35,266 nt of DNA from Octopus bimaculoides (taxonomy: Eukaryota). The notes under the pieces are model-generated. The model was not told the origin of the DNA. It did no database searches and worked only from the letters and a program-made list of their open reading frames with translations. The stretch is from contig NC_068985.1 of assembly GCF_001194135.2 (NCBI RefSeq), positions 45,839,667 to 45,874,932 of the forward strand, read 5' to 3'. The position numbers were made by a program, and so were the translations under genes. Positions within the stretch are counted from its first letter, which is position 1. Each line of letters opens with the position of its first letter. Positions 23,756-35,266 of the stretch are shown one piece after another.

Positions 23756-23924
23756 CTTAATTCTGTATAGCACGAATATCTGACATGATCAGTCAACAGC
23801 TAGGAGCCGGATGGATCGTGTCATAATAAGTAAACTTGAATGTTTCCATACAGAGCCAAGCACGCTACATAAAGATTTCGTTAGTAATGACATTGTAAAA
23901 GACATGCAATGAAACTCAGATAAT

Positions 23925-24062
23925 CGACCCCAGCACTTATTCTTTGTAAGCCCAGTAATTATTCCATAGTTTTTTTTTGCCGAACCGCTATGTTACGGGG
24001 ACGTAAACACACCAGCATCGGTTGTCAAGCGAAAGTGGGAGAGGGACAAATACAGACGCACA
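23925..24062 (-). mobile_element. SINE 3' half (probably the same CORE-type family)
   Basis: Reverse complement TTTGTCCC..CTTGACAACCGATGCTGGTGTGTTTACGTCCCCGTAACATAGCGGTTCGGC..CTGGGGTCGAT matches 34660-34800. Linking it to the 22485 head relies on a recalled consensus. Confidence 0.7.
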
Positions 24063-26236
24063 CACACACACACACACACACACNNNNNNNNNNNNNNNNN
24101 NNNNNNNNNNNNNNNNNNNNNNNNNNNNNNNNNNNNNNNNNNNNNNNNNNNNNNNNNNNNNNNNNNNNNNNNNNNNNNNNNNNNNNNNNNNNNNNNNNNN
24201 NNNNNNNNNNNNNNNNNNNNNNNNNNNNNNNNNNNNNNNNNNNNNNNNNNNNNNNNNNNNNNNNNNNNNNNNNNNNNNNNNNNNNNNNNNNNNNNNNNNN
24301 NNNNNNNNNNNNNNNNNNNNNNNNNNNNNNNNNNNNNNNNNNNNNNNNNNNNNNNNNNNNNNNNNNNNNNNNNNNNNNNNNNNNNNNNNNNNNNNNNNNN
24401 NNNNNNNNNNNNNNNNNNNNNNNNNNNNNNNNNNNNNNNNNNNNNNNNNNNNNNNNNNNNNNNNNNNNNNNNNNNNNNNNNNNNNNNNNNNNNNNNNNNN
24501 NNNNNNNNNNNNNNNNNNNNNNNNNNNNNNNNNNNNNNNNNNNNNNNNNNNNNNNNNNNNNNNNNNNNNNNNNNNNNNNNNNNNNNNNNNNNNNNNNNNN
24601 NNNNNNNNNNNNNNNNNNNNNNNNNNNNNNNNNNNNNNNNNNNNNNNNNNNNNNNNNNNNNNNNNNNNNNNNNNNNNNNNNNNNNNNNNNNNNNNNNNNN
24701 NNNNNNNNNNNNNNNNNNNNNNNNNNNNNNNNNNNNNNNNNNNNNNNNNNNNNNNNNNNNNNNNNNNNNNNNNNNNNNNNNNNNNNNNNNNNNNNNNNNN
24801 NNNNNNNNNNNNNNNNNNNNNNNNNNNNNNNNNNNNNNNNNNNNNNNNNNNNNNNNNNNNNNNNNNNNNNNNNNNNNNNNNNNNNNNNNNNNNNNNNNNN
24901 NNNNNNNNNNNNNNNNNNNNNNNNNNNNNNNNNNNNNNNNNNNNNNNNNNNNNNNNNNNNNNNNNNNNNNNNNNNNNNNNNNNNNNNNNNNNNNNNNNNN
25001 NNNNNNNNNNNNNNNNNNNNNNNNNNNNNNNNNNNNNNNNNNNNNNNNNNNNNNNTGTGTAGGTGAAGACAGAATGAAAGAGACAGAAACAGAGATAAAT
25101 ATGGCGAATTATTAGTAAAGACTGAACAAAAAGAAGAAAAAGTTGATTGGTTAGTAGATTATTTTAGGGGGGGACGCAGAAAAGAACAAATAAAACTAAA
25201 ATGGGAGAGAAAGATTTTAAATATAAGAGAGAGAGAGAGAGAGAGGCAAAGTAGCTGGAGAGAGTTAAAGTGTAGTTGGGGCAGTAATGTTGTGTGTGTA
25301 TGTGTGTGTGTGTGTGTGTAGTGTTGGGTGGTCATTTGGATAGCGAGAAACATTAAGAGAGGAAACCAATTCTTTAACTAGGGGCCAAAAAGTTTTGTGC
25401 TTGCTGCTGTCGGTGATATTGAGAGCACTTAACCACTTACAGCCAATTTCATAGTTTCTTCCCCCTGCAGCCTCCCGTCCATTCAGCAATGGCTTCTTCT
25501 TCGTCAGCAACCCCCAGCACCAGCACCACTGCCTTGCCATCGCCACCACAATCACAACCACCACCACCAGCACCACTGCTACAGCAGCAACAACAACAAC
25601 AACCATTTCCACCAGTACCGTAACTAATATCGTCTTCGCCACTACCACTTCCAGTACCATGGCCATCCTCACCTCCACAAACAAAGAACAACGCGCTACA
25701 CCGTCCACACTATCATCAACAGAGAATTACCAGCGCTGACTTAGCCGTTGCCATCGCAACCGACACCGCCGCCACTTACAGCACTCATCCATCACCATCA
25801 CCGCCATCCTTGTCACTACCAACACGCTATTAATCGCTATCATCAACAACACAACCAGTGTCAAACATAATGTCAGCCATTTCTTAACCATTATCACGTT
25901 TGTTTTATCTATTTGTATATCTTGTCACATTTGTGAATCTCTCCCTCCCTCTCCCCTTCGGCATCAGTCCGGATACTTATTGATCAGACTTCGTATGTAT
26001 AATCCACATATATGTATGTGTATACATACATACATATATATAACATCTGAGTGAAAGAGAAAGAAATGCAATTCACGAGTACATTATTCACTACGATCGT
26101 TTCGATCCATCATGCCTCGGTGCCTTGTAGGTGAGATGCTGTACAAACGACATACTACAAAGTATATTCCCAAATTTAAAATGACATGCATACATGCGTA
26201 TTTATATAAACATACATACACACATATATGTATCTG

Positions 26237-26276
<40 letters not shown>

Positions 26277-26325
26277 AACTCTCAATTTCATGCATCCTAA
26301 TTCTTCCAACTATTATCTACATGAA

Positions 26326-26697
26326 TTACCATTGAGCTTTAAAAGCTCAAAGACAATATAATGGGATCTTTTTTAAAACGGGGGCCACATTTTTCATTAA
26401 TGTTTTACGTAGTGCTTTTGGTACCGAAAGACTTTCAAACTTCGTATACTTATCTATTTTGTGTTATAGAACAGAAAAATATTTTTGTATTCGAATTTAT
26501 TTCATGTAAAAAATTGTCTTATTTCGATAATTTCAACCAATCACTGACGTCCATTCAGCCGATATACATTAAGTGCCGACTACATAAACAAACGATTCTT
26601 CGTTTTATTTGCTTTTTTCATTTTAAATTTGCTTTAACCCTAACCCTAACCCTAACCCTAACCCTAACTCTAACCCTAGGGTTAGGGTTAGGGTTAG
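26326..26697 (+). mobile_element. Unclassified repeat with a 5' hairpin and internal telomeric repeats (possibly HINE-like)
   Basis: Starts ATTACCATTGAGCTTT-A-AAAGCTCAA (9-bp perfect inverted repeat, 26332-26350) and ends in telomeric repeats at a gap. Confidence 0.35.
26635..26697. repeat. Interstitial telomeric repeat palindrome, (TAACCC)7 then (GGGTTA)3+
   Basis: Seven TAACCC units (one is TAACTC), then the centre AACCCTAGGGTT, then GGGTTA units running into the gap. Confidence 0.95.
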
Positions 26698-27210
26698 NNN
26701 NNNNNNNNNNNNNNNNNNNNNNNNNNNNNNNNNNNNNNNNNNNNNNNNNNNNNNNNNNNNNNNNNNNNNNNNNNNNNNNNNNNNNNNNNNNNNNNNNNNN
26801 NNNNNNNNNNNNNNNNNNNNNNNNNNNNNNNNNNNNNNNNNNNNNNNNNNNNNNNNNNNNNNNNNNNNNNNNNNNNNNNNNNNNNNNNNNNNNNNNNNNN
26901 NNNNNNNNNNNNNNNNNNNNNNNNNNNNNNNNNNNNNNNNNNNNNNNNNNNNNNNNNNNNNNNNNNNNNNNNNNNNNNNNNNNNNNNNNNNNNNNNNNNN
27001 NNNNNNNNNNNNNNNNNNNNNNNNNNNNNNNNNNNNNNNNNNNNNNNNNNNNNNNNNNNNNNNNNNNNNNNNNNNNNNNNNNNNNNNNNNNNNNNNNNNN
27101 NNNNNNNNNNNNNNNNNNNNNNNNAAAGCCGGTTAGAAATCCTTTTTACACATCTATATTAAAATATGCTTTCAGTTTAGCATTCTGCCTTATTATTATT
27201 TTACATTTTC

Positions 27211-27214
<4 letters not shown>

Positions 27215-27260
<46 letters not shown>

Positions 27261-27341
27261 GTATTATGTATGTATGTATATCCATCCATCTACTAATCTG
27301 TTTGTATGTCTATCTGTCTATCTATCTATTTATCTATTTAC

Positions 27342-27375
<34 letters not shown>

Positions 27376-27667
27376 CTTGTTTGTCTTTCTATCTATCTGT
27401 CTATCACTGATACCAATTTGTATTTTACATACATCTATCAATCAACCAATAAAACTATCAAACAATCAGTCAATCAATCAATCAATCAATCCGTGTGTCT
27501 CGCTATCAATCCTCATGCTCCTTTATCTATCTGCACATACATCTAGCCAACTAGTAACCAGCCTTCTATCTTTCTACTTAGTAATCTCTCCTATCTATCT
27601 AGCTGCCTGTCTATCTCTTATTCTATCCTTCTATTTATCTGTTTGCCAGCTCGTTTCTGTCTGACTG

Positions 27668-27725
<58 letters not shown>
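27215..27725. repeat. (TA), (TATC), (TCAA), (TC) compound microsatellite
   Basis: Read directly from the sequence. Confidence 0.95.
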
Positions 27726-27728
<3 letters not shown>

Positions 27729-28013
27729 TTGTCCTTTACTCTGAATACTGCCATCGCTGTGGCTTCTGTCTATATTGTCTGGTTGGCGTAGTTCTGAAGT
27801 GACTGTGCTTTATTTATTTCTTAGAAGAGATAACAAGAGAGAGGGGTGGAGAGACGGGGATAAAGGTTGTGAGAGACTGATATTTTGGTGTGAAGAAGAG
27901 CGAAAGAATACAAGATAGACAGACAGATGGATATATGTATGTATATATGTATATATGCATATATGTGTATATCCGGTGCTGTTACAATTGTTTCATTAAG
28001 AGTTTTAACAATG

Positions 28014-28056
<43 letters not shown>

Positions 28057-28066
28057 NNNNNNNNNN

Positions 28067-28812
28067 TGATCAGATAAAATGCTTAAAAAGTCTTGACTAT
28101 TAATTCTGCCATGAAGGGAAACCACTAGATCGGCGGATTTCCAAGATATAGCCCCCAAATCATTACAGATCCTCTTCCATGTTTAACAGTTGGAAGAAGG
28201 CAATCTGAGTCAAATGCTTCTTTTGGCTGTCTCCACACGTATACTCGGCCGGTGGTCGGAAATAAAGTAAAGGATGACTCGTCCGAGAAAATAGCATTCT
28301 CCCACAGCTCTAGGGACCAATTCTGTAGGTTTTTACTCCACTCTAAACGCTTTGCAACGTTTGTGTTTGAAAGTAGTGGTTTTCTGATTGCAGCCCTCCC
28401 GTGAAATCCGACATTGTGCTGCTCCCGGCGAACAGTTTTTGTAGAAACTGAGTTCTCGACATGGTCAAGTTCTGCAGTAATTTTAGGAGCTGTACTTTTG
28501 TGATCCTTTCTAACAATTTGCGTAAGAGTCCGACAGTTTCGACGAGATTTTTCCCTCTCTCTCTCAAAGGCTGTCATTACTTTCGAGACAGTACTTCTTG
28601 ATACACCAAACATTTCGGCTGTTTTCGTTACGCTAGCGCCTGCCATACGAGCACCAACAATTTGATTTCTTTGAAAGTCCGATAGATCTGTCATTCTAAT
28701 AAATGTTAAATACCCTTATCTGGTGATCAATTTTAGCAAAACATATTAAGCATCACTAATGATAAATCAAAAAACATAAAAATAAACAAGCTTTTGACGG
28801 TTTTATAGATAT
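28067..28812 (-). mobile_element. Tc1-family DNA transposon with degenerate transposase (HTH plus first half of DDE domain)
   Basis: ORF 28694-28125 MTDLSDFQRNQIVGARMAGASVTKTAEMFGVSRSTVSKVM..KPLLSNTNVAKRLEW..W..IFSDESSF..VWRQPKE..TVKHGRGSVMIWG. After a frameshift it continues AISWKS..LHGRINSQDFLSILSDQ up to the gap at 28066. The linker after the first HTH looks shortened. The putative left end (TATA)AAACCGTCAAAAGCTTG resembles Tc1 TIRs. Confidence 0.92.
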
Positions 28813-29683
28813 TTCAAAATTNNNNNNNNNNNNNNNNNNNNNNNNNNNNNNNNNNNNNNNNNNNNNNNNNNNNNNNNNNNNNNNNNNNNNNNNNNNNNNN
28901 NNNNNNNNNNNNNNNNNNNNNNNNNNNNNNNNNNNNNNNNNNNNNNNNNNNNNNNNNNNNNNNNNNNNNNNNNNNNNNNNNNNNNNNNNNNNNNNNNNNN
29001 NNNNNNNNNNNNNNNNNNNNNNNNNNNNNNNNNNNNNNNNNNNNNNNNNNNNNNNNNNNNNNNNNNNNNNNNNNNNNNNNNNNNNNNNNNNNNNNNNNNN
29101 NNNNNNNNNNNNNNNNNNNNNNNNNNNNNNNNNNNNNNNNNNNNNNNNNNNNNNNNNNNNNNNNNNNNNNNNNNNNNNNNNNNNNNNNNNNNNNNNNNNN
29201 NNNNNNNNNNNNNNNNNNNNNNNNNNNNNNNNNNNNNNNNNNNNNNNNNNNNNNNNNNNNNNNNNNNNNNNNNNNNNNNNNNNNNNNNNNNNNNNNNNNN
29301 NNNNNNNNNNNNNNNNNNNNNNNNNNNNNNNNNNNNNNNNNNNNNNNNNNNNNNTCTGCCCAGAATCACGCCGGATGCGGAAGAGGGAAGAAAATAGTAA
29401 TTCAGTGAAGGAGAAGTAGTAAGAGTAATAACCCTGACTGAGAGGGAGTGAGAGAAAGTAATAGCAATGAGAGAAAGGAAGGGGTGATAGATGAATAAGA
29501 AAGGAAGGAAGGAAAGAAGGAAGGGGGTGTACAAAATCAGCGTTTCAATCTGTATGAGTATATGTGTGAATGTGTGTGCGTGTACAAGGGAAGTGTGTGA
29601 ATGTTTGTATGTGTGATTATTACGTACCTTCTTTATATATGAAATACTATTAACCGTCATTATTGACGGCACATTGTCAGTAA

Positions 29684-29750
<67 letters not shown>

Positions 29751-30691
29751 CAAGAGAGAGGGGTGAGAAAGAAAAAGAGAGAAATAGAAGCTAATAGAAA
29801 GAAAGTTATAGATAAAAAGTAAGGTGACGGAAAATAATGATGGAAAAAATTGGCGAAAAATGAGATAACGTCGAGATAAGCAAAGGCGGAATTGGATGCG
29901 AATGAAAGTGGATAATAGAGTGAATGATAAATAAGAATGATGGCGGGGAAAACAGAGGGCAGGAGATGTAGAGGGAGATGATGAGAGTGGGAGGGAGAGA
30001 GGGTGGAAGAGAGAAGGTGAAAGAGATTGGTATGTGCTATAGAGAGGGAAGATAGATATGTGACAATACTCGTTGGACTCCACCAAAACACATGTACAAA
30101 TATAAAGTATAATGAAAGAAGCAGACGACACTCGTGTTTTCTTGGAGGTGGAGGGTAGTGACGGTGAGAATAGAGTAGTAAAGATGGTAGCAGTATTAAT
30201 AGATAGCGATAGTAGTGGAGGGATGGGGGGGAATTATGAACGCAAGGGTAATTGTGGTAGTTGTGATGATGGTACGTGTAAGAATACAATGGTTGTAGTG
30301 TGTGGGNNNNNNNNNNTACGCGTGTGAGTGTATTGGTTATGTGGCAAGAATGGTTGTAGGAGTAGTTTGATAATGGTATTAGTAGTGATGCTGGTGGTGG
30401 TAGTAGGAGTAGATAAGTAATTGTAATAGCATTGATTGATGGCGGTTGTCGTCTTGATGATGGTGGTCGGTCATTGTTGAGGAGGAAAGCACATATTAGT
30501 GAATGAGAGAAGAGAAAGAGAAAAGAGAGATTGAAAGAGAAAGAATGAGTATAGTTTGTGTGTGTGTGAGAGAGAGAGAGAGATTGGTGGCGTGAAAAAC
30601 AGAAAAGGTGATAAGAAAACGAACGAGAATAAGATAAACAAAAAAGAAGTGAAAGACGGACAGAAGAAAGACTCTAGGTGTGTGTGTGTGC

Positions 30692-30763
<72 letters not shown>

Positions 30764-31878
30764 AAGGGAAATGAGAAAAGAAATACAGAAGGAAGTTGTG
30801 AGAAGAGAGTGAAAGGATGTAATGGGGAAAAGAAACTAGGGTGANNNNNNNNNNNNNNNNNNNNNNNNNNNNNNNNNNNNNNNNNNNNNNNNNNNNNNNN
30901 NNNNNNNNNNNNNNNNNNNNNNNNNNNNNNNNNNNNNNNNNNNNNNNNNNNNNNNNNNNNNNNNNNNNNNNNNNNNNNNNNNNNNNNNNNNNNNNNNNNN
31001 NNNNNNNNNNNNNNNNNNNNNNNNNNNNNNNNNNNNNNNNNNNNNNNNNNNNNNNNNNNNNNNNNNNNNNNNNNNNNNNNNNNNNNNNNNNNNNNNNNNN
31101 NNNNNNNNNNNNNNNNNNNNNNNNNNNNNNNNNNNNNNNNNNNNNNNNNNNNNNNNNNNNNNNNNNNNNNNNNNNNNNNNNNNNNNNNNNNNNNNNNNNN
31201 NNNNNNNNNNNNNNNNNNNNNNNNNNNNNNNNNNNNNNNNNNNNNNNNNNNNNNNNNNNNNNNNNNNNNNNNNNNNNNNNNNNNNNNNNNNNNNNNNNNN
31301 NNNNNNNNNNNNNNNNNNNNNNNNNNNNNNNNNNNNNNNNNNNNNNNNNNNNNNNNNNNNNNNNNNNNNNNNNNNNNNNNNNNNNNNNNNNNNNNNNNNN
31401 NNNNNNNNNNNNNNNNNNNNNNNNNNNNNNNNNNNNNNNNNNNNNNNNNNNNNNNNNNNNNNNNNNNNNNNNNNNNNNNNNNNNNNNNNNNNNNNNNNNN
31501 NNNNNNNNNNNNNNNNNNNNNNNNNNNNNNNNNNNNNNNNNNNNNNNNNNNNNNNNNGAGTACTAGAAAAAGCGAACGAACAAACGTGTGTTGTCAGTTC
31601 GGTCGCGCATGGTGTGGTGTACAGTACAGTACAGTTGTATGGAGAACTCACGCCCAGTTGATTAAGAGGCAGAAAAGGAAAAGAAGAAAAACTGAAAAAA
31701 AACAAAAAAAAAAAAAACAATGTCCCGAGTTGGGTGAAGGTCACGTGGTTACACTGATTTATGGCGTCGGGAGTCAGCGGAACATAATTGAATCTAATTT
31801 TCAACAGGATACATACGCACGCTCACCCACACGTGTGGAGATACATACGTGCAAATATACATAGATGCATCGTAATAG

Positions 31879-31912
<34 letters not shown>

Positions 31913-33220
31913 GCATATCTCTAATATATTATATGTACATGCGCGTGACAATATTCATACATATACGTGAATATATATATATATATATACGTACATATGT
32001 GTGTGTGTGTATGTATGTGTGCTTGTATATACATGAACACACATACATACATACATATATACATATATATTTTCCCTTTGACACGTGTAGTGTAGAAAGT
32101 TCGATGCACATACAGATTCAAAATTAATGCACGCTTGCACTATAAGCAAGTCGCGTGCATCATGCATACATATACTCTAAACATGCACAAATACTGCTTG
32201 ACATAAATAGGCGTCAACATAGAGACGAATTAGTTATGTCTCGGATATGAGATAGGCTGTGTGTGTGTATGAGTNNNNNNNNNNNNNNNNNNNNNNNNNN
32301 NNNNNNNNNNNNNNNNNNNNNNNNNNNNNNNNNNNNNNNNNNNNNNNNNNNNNNNNNNNNNNNNNNNNNNNNNNNNNNNNNNNNNNNNNNNNNNNNNNNN
32401 NNNNNNNNNNNNNNNNNNNNNNNNNNNNNNNNNNNNNNNNNNNNNNNNNNNNNNNNNNNNNNNNNNNNNNNNNNNNNNNNNNNNNNNNNNNNNNNNNNNN
32501 NNNNNNNNNNNNNNNNNNNNNNNNNNNNNNNNNNNNNNNNNNNNNNNNNNNNNNNNNNNNNNNNNNNNNNNNNNNNNNNNNNNNNNNNNNNNNNNNNNNN
32601 NNNNNNNNNNNNNNNNNNNNNNNNNNNNNNNNNNNNNNNNNNNNNNNNNNNNNNNNNNNNNNNNNNNNNNNNNNNNNNNNNNNNNNNNNNNNNNNNNNNN
32701 NNNNNNNNNNNNNNNNNNNNNNNNNNNNNNNNNNNNNNNNNNNNNNNNNNNNNNNNNNNNNNNNNNNNNNNNNNNNNNNNNNNNNNNNNNNNNNNNNNNN
32801 NNNNNNNNNNNNNNNNNNNNNNNNNNNNNNNNNNNNNNNNNNNNNNNNNNNNNNNNNNNNNNNNNNNNNNNNNNNNNNNNNNNNNNNNNNNNNNNNNNNN
32901 NNNNNNNNNNNNNNNNNNNNNNNNNNNNNNNNNNNNNNNNNNNNNNNNNNNNNNNNNNNNNNNNNNNNNNNNNNNNNNNNNNNNNNNNNNNNNNNNNNNN
33001 NNNNNNNNNNNNNNNNNNNNNNNNNNNNNNNNNNNNNNNNNNNNNNNNNNNNNNNNNNNNNNNNNNNNNNNNNNNNNNNNNNNNNNNNNNNNNNNNNNNN
33101 NNNNNNNNNNNNNNNNNNNNNNNNNNNNNNNNNNNNNNNNNNNNNNNNNNNNNNNNNNNNNNNNNNNNNNNNNNNNNTATATATATATATATGCATATAC
33201 ATATTTAGACAGACTGGCCT

Positions 33221-33277
<57 letters not shown>

Positions 33278-33698
33278 GAGATAAATTGTCAGAAAAATAG
33301 ACGTCAGACGGGCAGGAAGAAAATAGACAGGGAGCTCGAAAGATAGCGAAAGAGGAAGGGAGCGAAAGAAGGAGAGATAATCGGACTGTGACACATTAAC
33401 ACACAAAACATAGAAGACTGATCATAGAAAGAAAAGTAAAGACGAGGCAAAGAAAGGAAAAAGAAATAGAGAAAAAAAATGAAGGGGAAGTGCTGAGTCA
33501 GTTGGGACAAGGCAAACGTTGACAATGATAAATGTTGTAAAGTTATTAACAAGAAGACATTGCGCTTAGTCTCTAATGGAATACAGAGGAGGTTCGTCAG
33601 TAACCATCTTAACACTACACCAATATGGCTACCATGCGCAGTGACAAACGTATAATACGTCTATGTATGCTACGGATGCTTATATTTGCGTAGGTAGG

Positions 33699-33780
<82 letters not shown>

Positions 33781-33781
<1 letters not shown>

Positions 33782-33968
33782 GCGGCGAGCTGGCAGAAAC
33801 GTTAGCAGGCCGGGTGAAATGTTTAGCAGTATTTCGTCTGCCGCTACGTTCTGAGTTCAAATTCCGCCGAGGTCGACTTTGCCTTTCATCCTTTCGGGGT
33901 AGATAAATTAAGTACCAGTTACGCACTCGGGTCGATGTAATCGACTTAATCCCTTTGTCTGTCCTTGT
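33781..33968 (+). mobile_element. SINE family A copy with alternative tail, cut by a gap
   Basis: Very similar to the 21470 copy; directly follows (GATA)n. Confidence 0.92.
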
Positions 33969-34592
33969 NNNNNNNNNNNNNNNNNNNNNNNNNNNNNNNN
34001 NNNNNNNNNNNNNNNNNNNNNNNNNNNNNNNNNNNNNNNNNNNNNNNNNNNNNNNNNNNNNNNNNNNNNNNNNNNNNNNNNNNNNNNNNNNNNNNNNNNN
34101 NNNNNNNNNNNNNNNNNNNNNNNNNNNNNNNNNNNNNNNNNNNNNNNNNNNNNNNNNNNNNNNNNNNNNNNNNNNNNNNNNNNNNNNNNNNNNNNNNNNN
34201 NNNNNNNNNNNNNNNNNNNNNNNNNNNNNNNNNNNNNNNNNNNNNNNNNNNNNNNNNNNNNNNNNNNNNNNNNNNNNNNNNNNNNNNNNNNNNNNNNNNN
34301 NNNNNNNNNNNNNNNNNNNNNNNNNNNNNNNNNNNNNNNNNNNNNNNNNNNNNNNNNNNNNNNNNNNNNNNNNNNNNNNNNNNNNNNNNNNNNNNNNNNN
34401 NNNNNNNNNNNNNNNNNNNNNNNNNNNNNNNNNNNNNNNNNNNNNNNNNNNNNNNNNNNNNNNNNNNNNNNNNNNNNNNNNNNNNNNNNNNNNNNNNNNN
34501 NNNNNNNNNNNNNNNNNNNNNNNNNNNNNNNNNNNNNNNNNNNNNNNNNNNNNNNNNNNNNNNNNNNNNNNNNNNNNNNNNNNNNNNNNNNN

Positions 34593-34629
<37 letters not shown>

Positions 34630-34657
34630 TATATATATATATATGTATGTATGTATG

Positions 34658-34800
34658 TCTGTGTTTGTCCCCTCCTCCACCACTTGACAACCGGTGTAGG
34701 TGGGTTTATGTCCTCGTAACTTAGCGGTTCGACAAGAGATAACCGATAGAATAAGTACTAGGCGTAATATAAAAGTATTGGGGTCGATACATTTGACTAT
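34658..34800 (+). mobile_element. SINE 3' half (same family as 23925-24062)
   Basis: CTTGACAACCGGTGTAGG..CGTAACTTAGCGGTTCGAC..GATAGAATAAGTACTAGG..GGGGTCGAT. Confidence 0.72.
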
Positions 34801-34814
34801 AAATGCATACTACA

Positions 34815-34930
34815 TTTTGTACAGCGGATGATGTTCGCAGATCTCCACCAAATATTCAACTATTCAAGAAACAGCTGTAAAGCACTACCTACACACTTCA
34901 TTTCCATCGGTTGCAAGTTCGTTTGTTTTT
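34815..34930 (+). mobile_element. Possible extreme 3' end of an L2/CR1-group LINE
   Basis: DDVRRSPPNIQLFKKQL then, after a frameshift, KHYL resembles the 'R.S.....FK..LK.YL' LINE C-terminus. Short and degenerate. Confidence 0.3.
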
Positions 34931-35130
34931 TTTTACCAGTAACACCAAGGACTGTATTTACCTGTCTAAATCAATTCATCACTAAAGGCATCTTTTCTAT
35001 CTCATCGTAGCGTGTACCTGTCTACACCTGAATTTTTATAAACATTCACTTTCTGGGTCTTTCCTGGTTCCAATTACATTTTGTGTTACATATTTATATA
35101 GTTGTCATCGATATGTTACATAAATACAAA

Positions 35131-35240
35131 GCGACGGAGAGGCAGAATCATTAGCACGCCGGGCATGATGCTCGGCGACATTTCGTCGGTCTTTACATTC
35201 TGTGTTCAAATTCCTCCGAGGTTTGACTTTATCTTTCATT
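35131..35240 (+). mobile_element. SINE family A, diverged 5' half
   Basis: GGCAGAATCATTAGCACGCCGGGC..ATTTCGTC..GTTCAAATTCC..GAGGTTTGACTTT. Confidence 0.8.
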
Positions 35241-35266
35241 GTTTTTTTTTATGGTGGCTGGGGGGG

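Noticed and set aside
25469-25740. Strong-looking acceptor (TTTCTTCCCCCTGCAG) followed by Pro/Gln/Thr-rich open frames
   Set aside because: All three frames are low-complexity CCA/CAA/CAG repeats like 355-760, with no clear donor or recognisable domain.
26635-26697. Ancient telomere-telomere fusion site
   Set aside because: The order is (CCCTAA)n then (TTAGGG)n, the reverse of a fusion scar, and the tract is short.
32127-32160. Small hairpin ATGCACG-CTTGC..GCAAG-tcg-CGTGCAT
   Set aside because: Too short for a pre-miRNA and expected by chance in TGCA/CACG-rich sequence.

Overview
Repeat-saturated eukaryotic non-coding DNA (intronic or intergenic) from a gapped short-read scaffold, with about 7.2 kb (20%) N. 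The SINE families and microsatellite density look like a coleoid cephalopod, most likely Octopus; this is recognition from memory, not a database result. No host gene, RNA gene or CRISPR array can be supported, and almost all ORF-track entries are microsatellite or N-run artefacts. The real coding remnants are all from transposons: four diverged 3' fragments of R4/Dong-clade (restriction-like endonuclease) non-LTR retrotransposons, a CR1-type LINE 3' end and a Tc1 transposase. Non-coding elements include 12 copies of one tRNA-headed SINE, three further SINE families, a Helentron-type non-autonomous element (HINE), a hAT MITE nested in a SINE with an 8-bp TSD, and a Penelope-like fragment with a hammerhead-like motif. 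The most notable patterns: head-to-tail retroelement arrays strung on (AAT)n, including an unidentified ~535-bp non-coding element; SINEs using the same microsatellite in opposite polarity; and an inverted (CCCTAA)n-(TTAGGG)n palindrome. None is shown to be a new biological system; they are testable leads.
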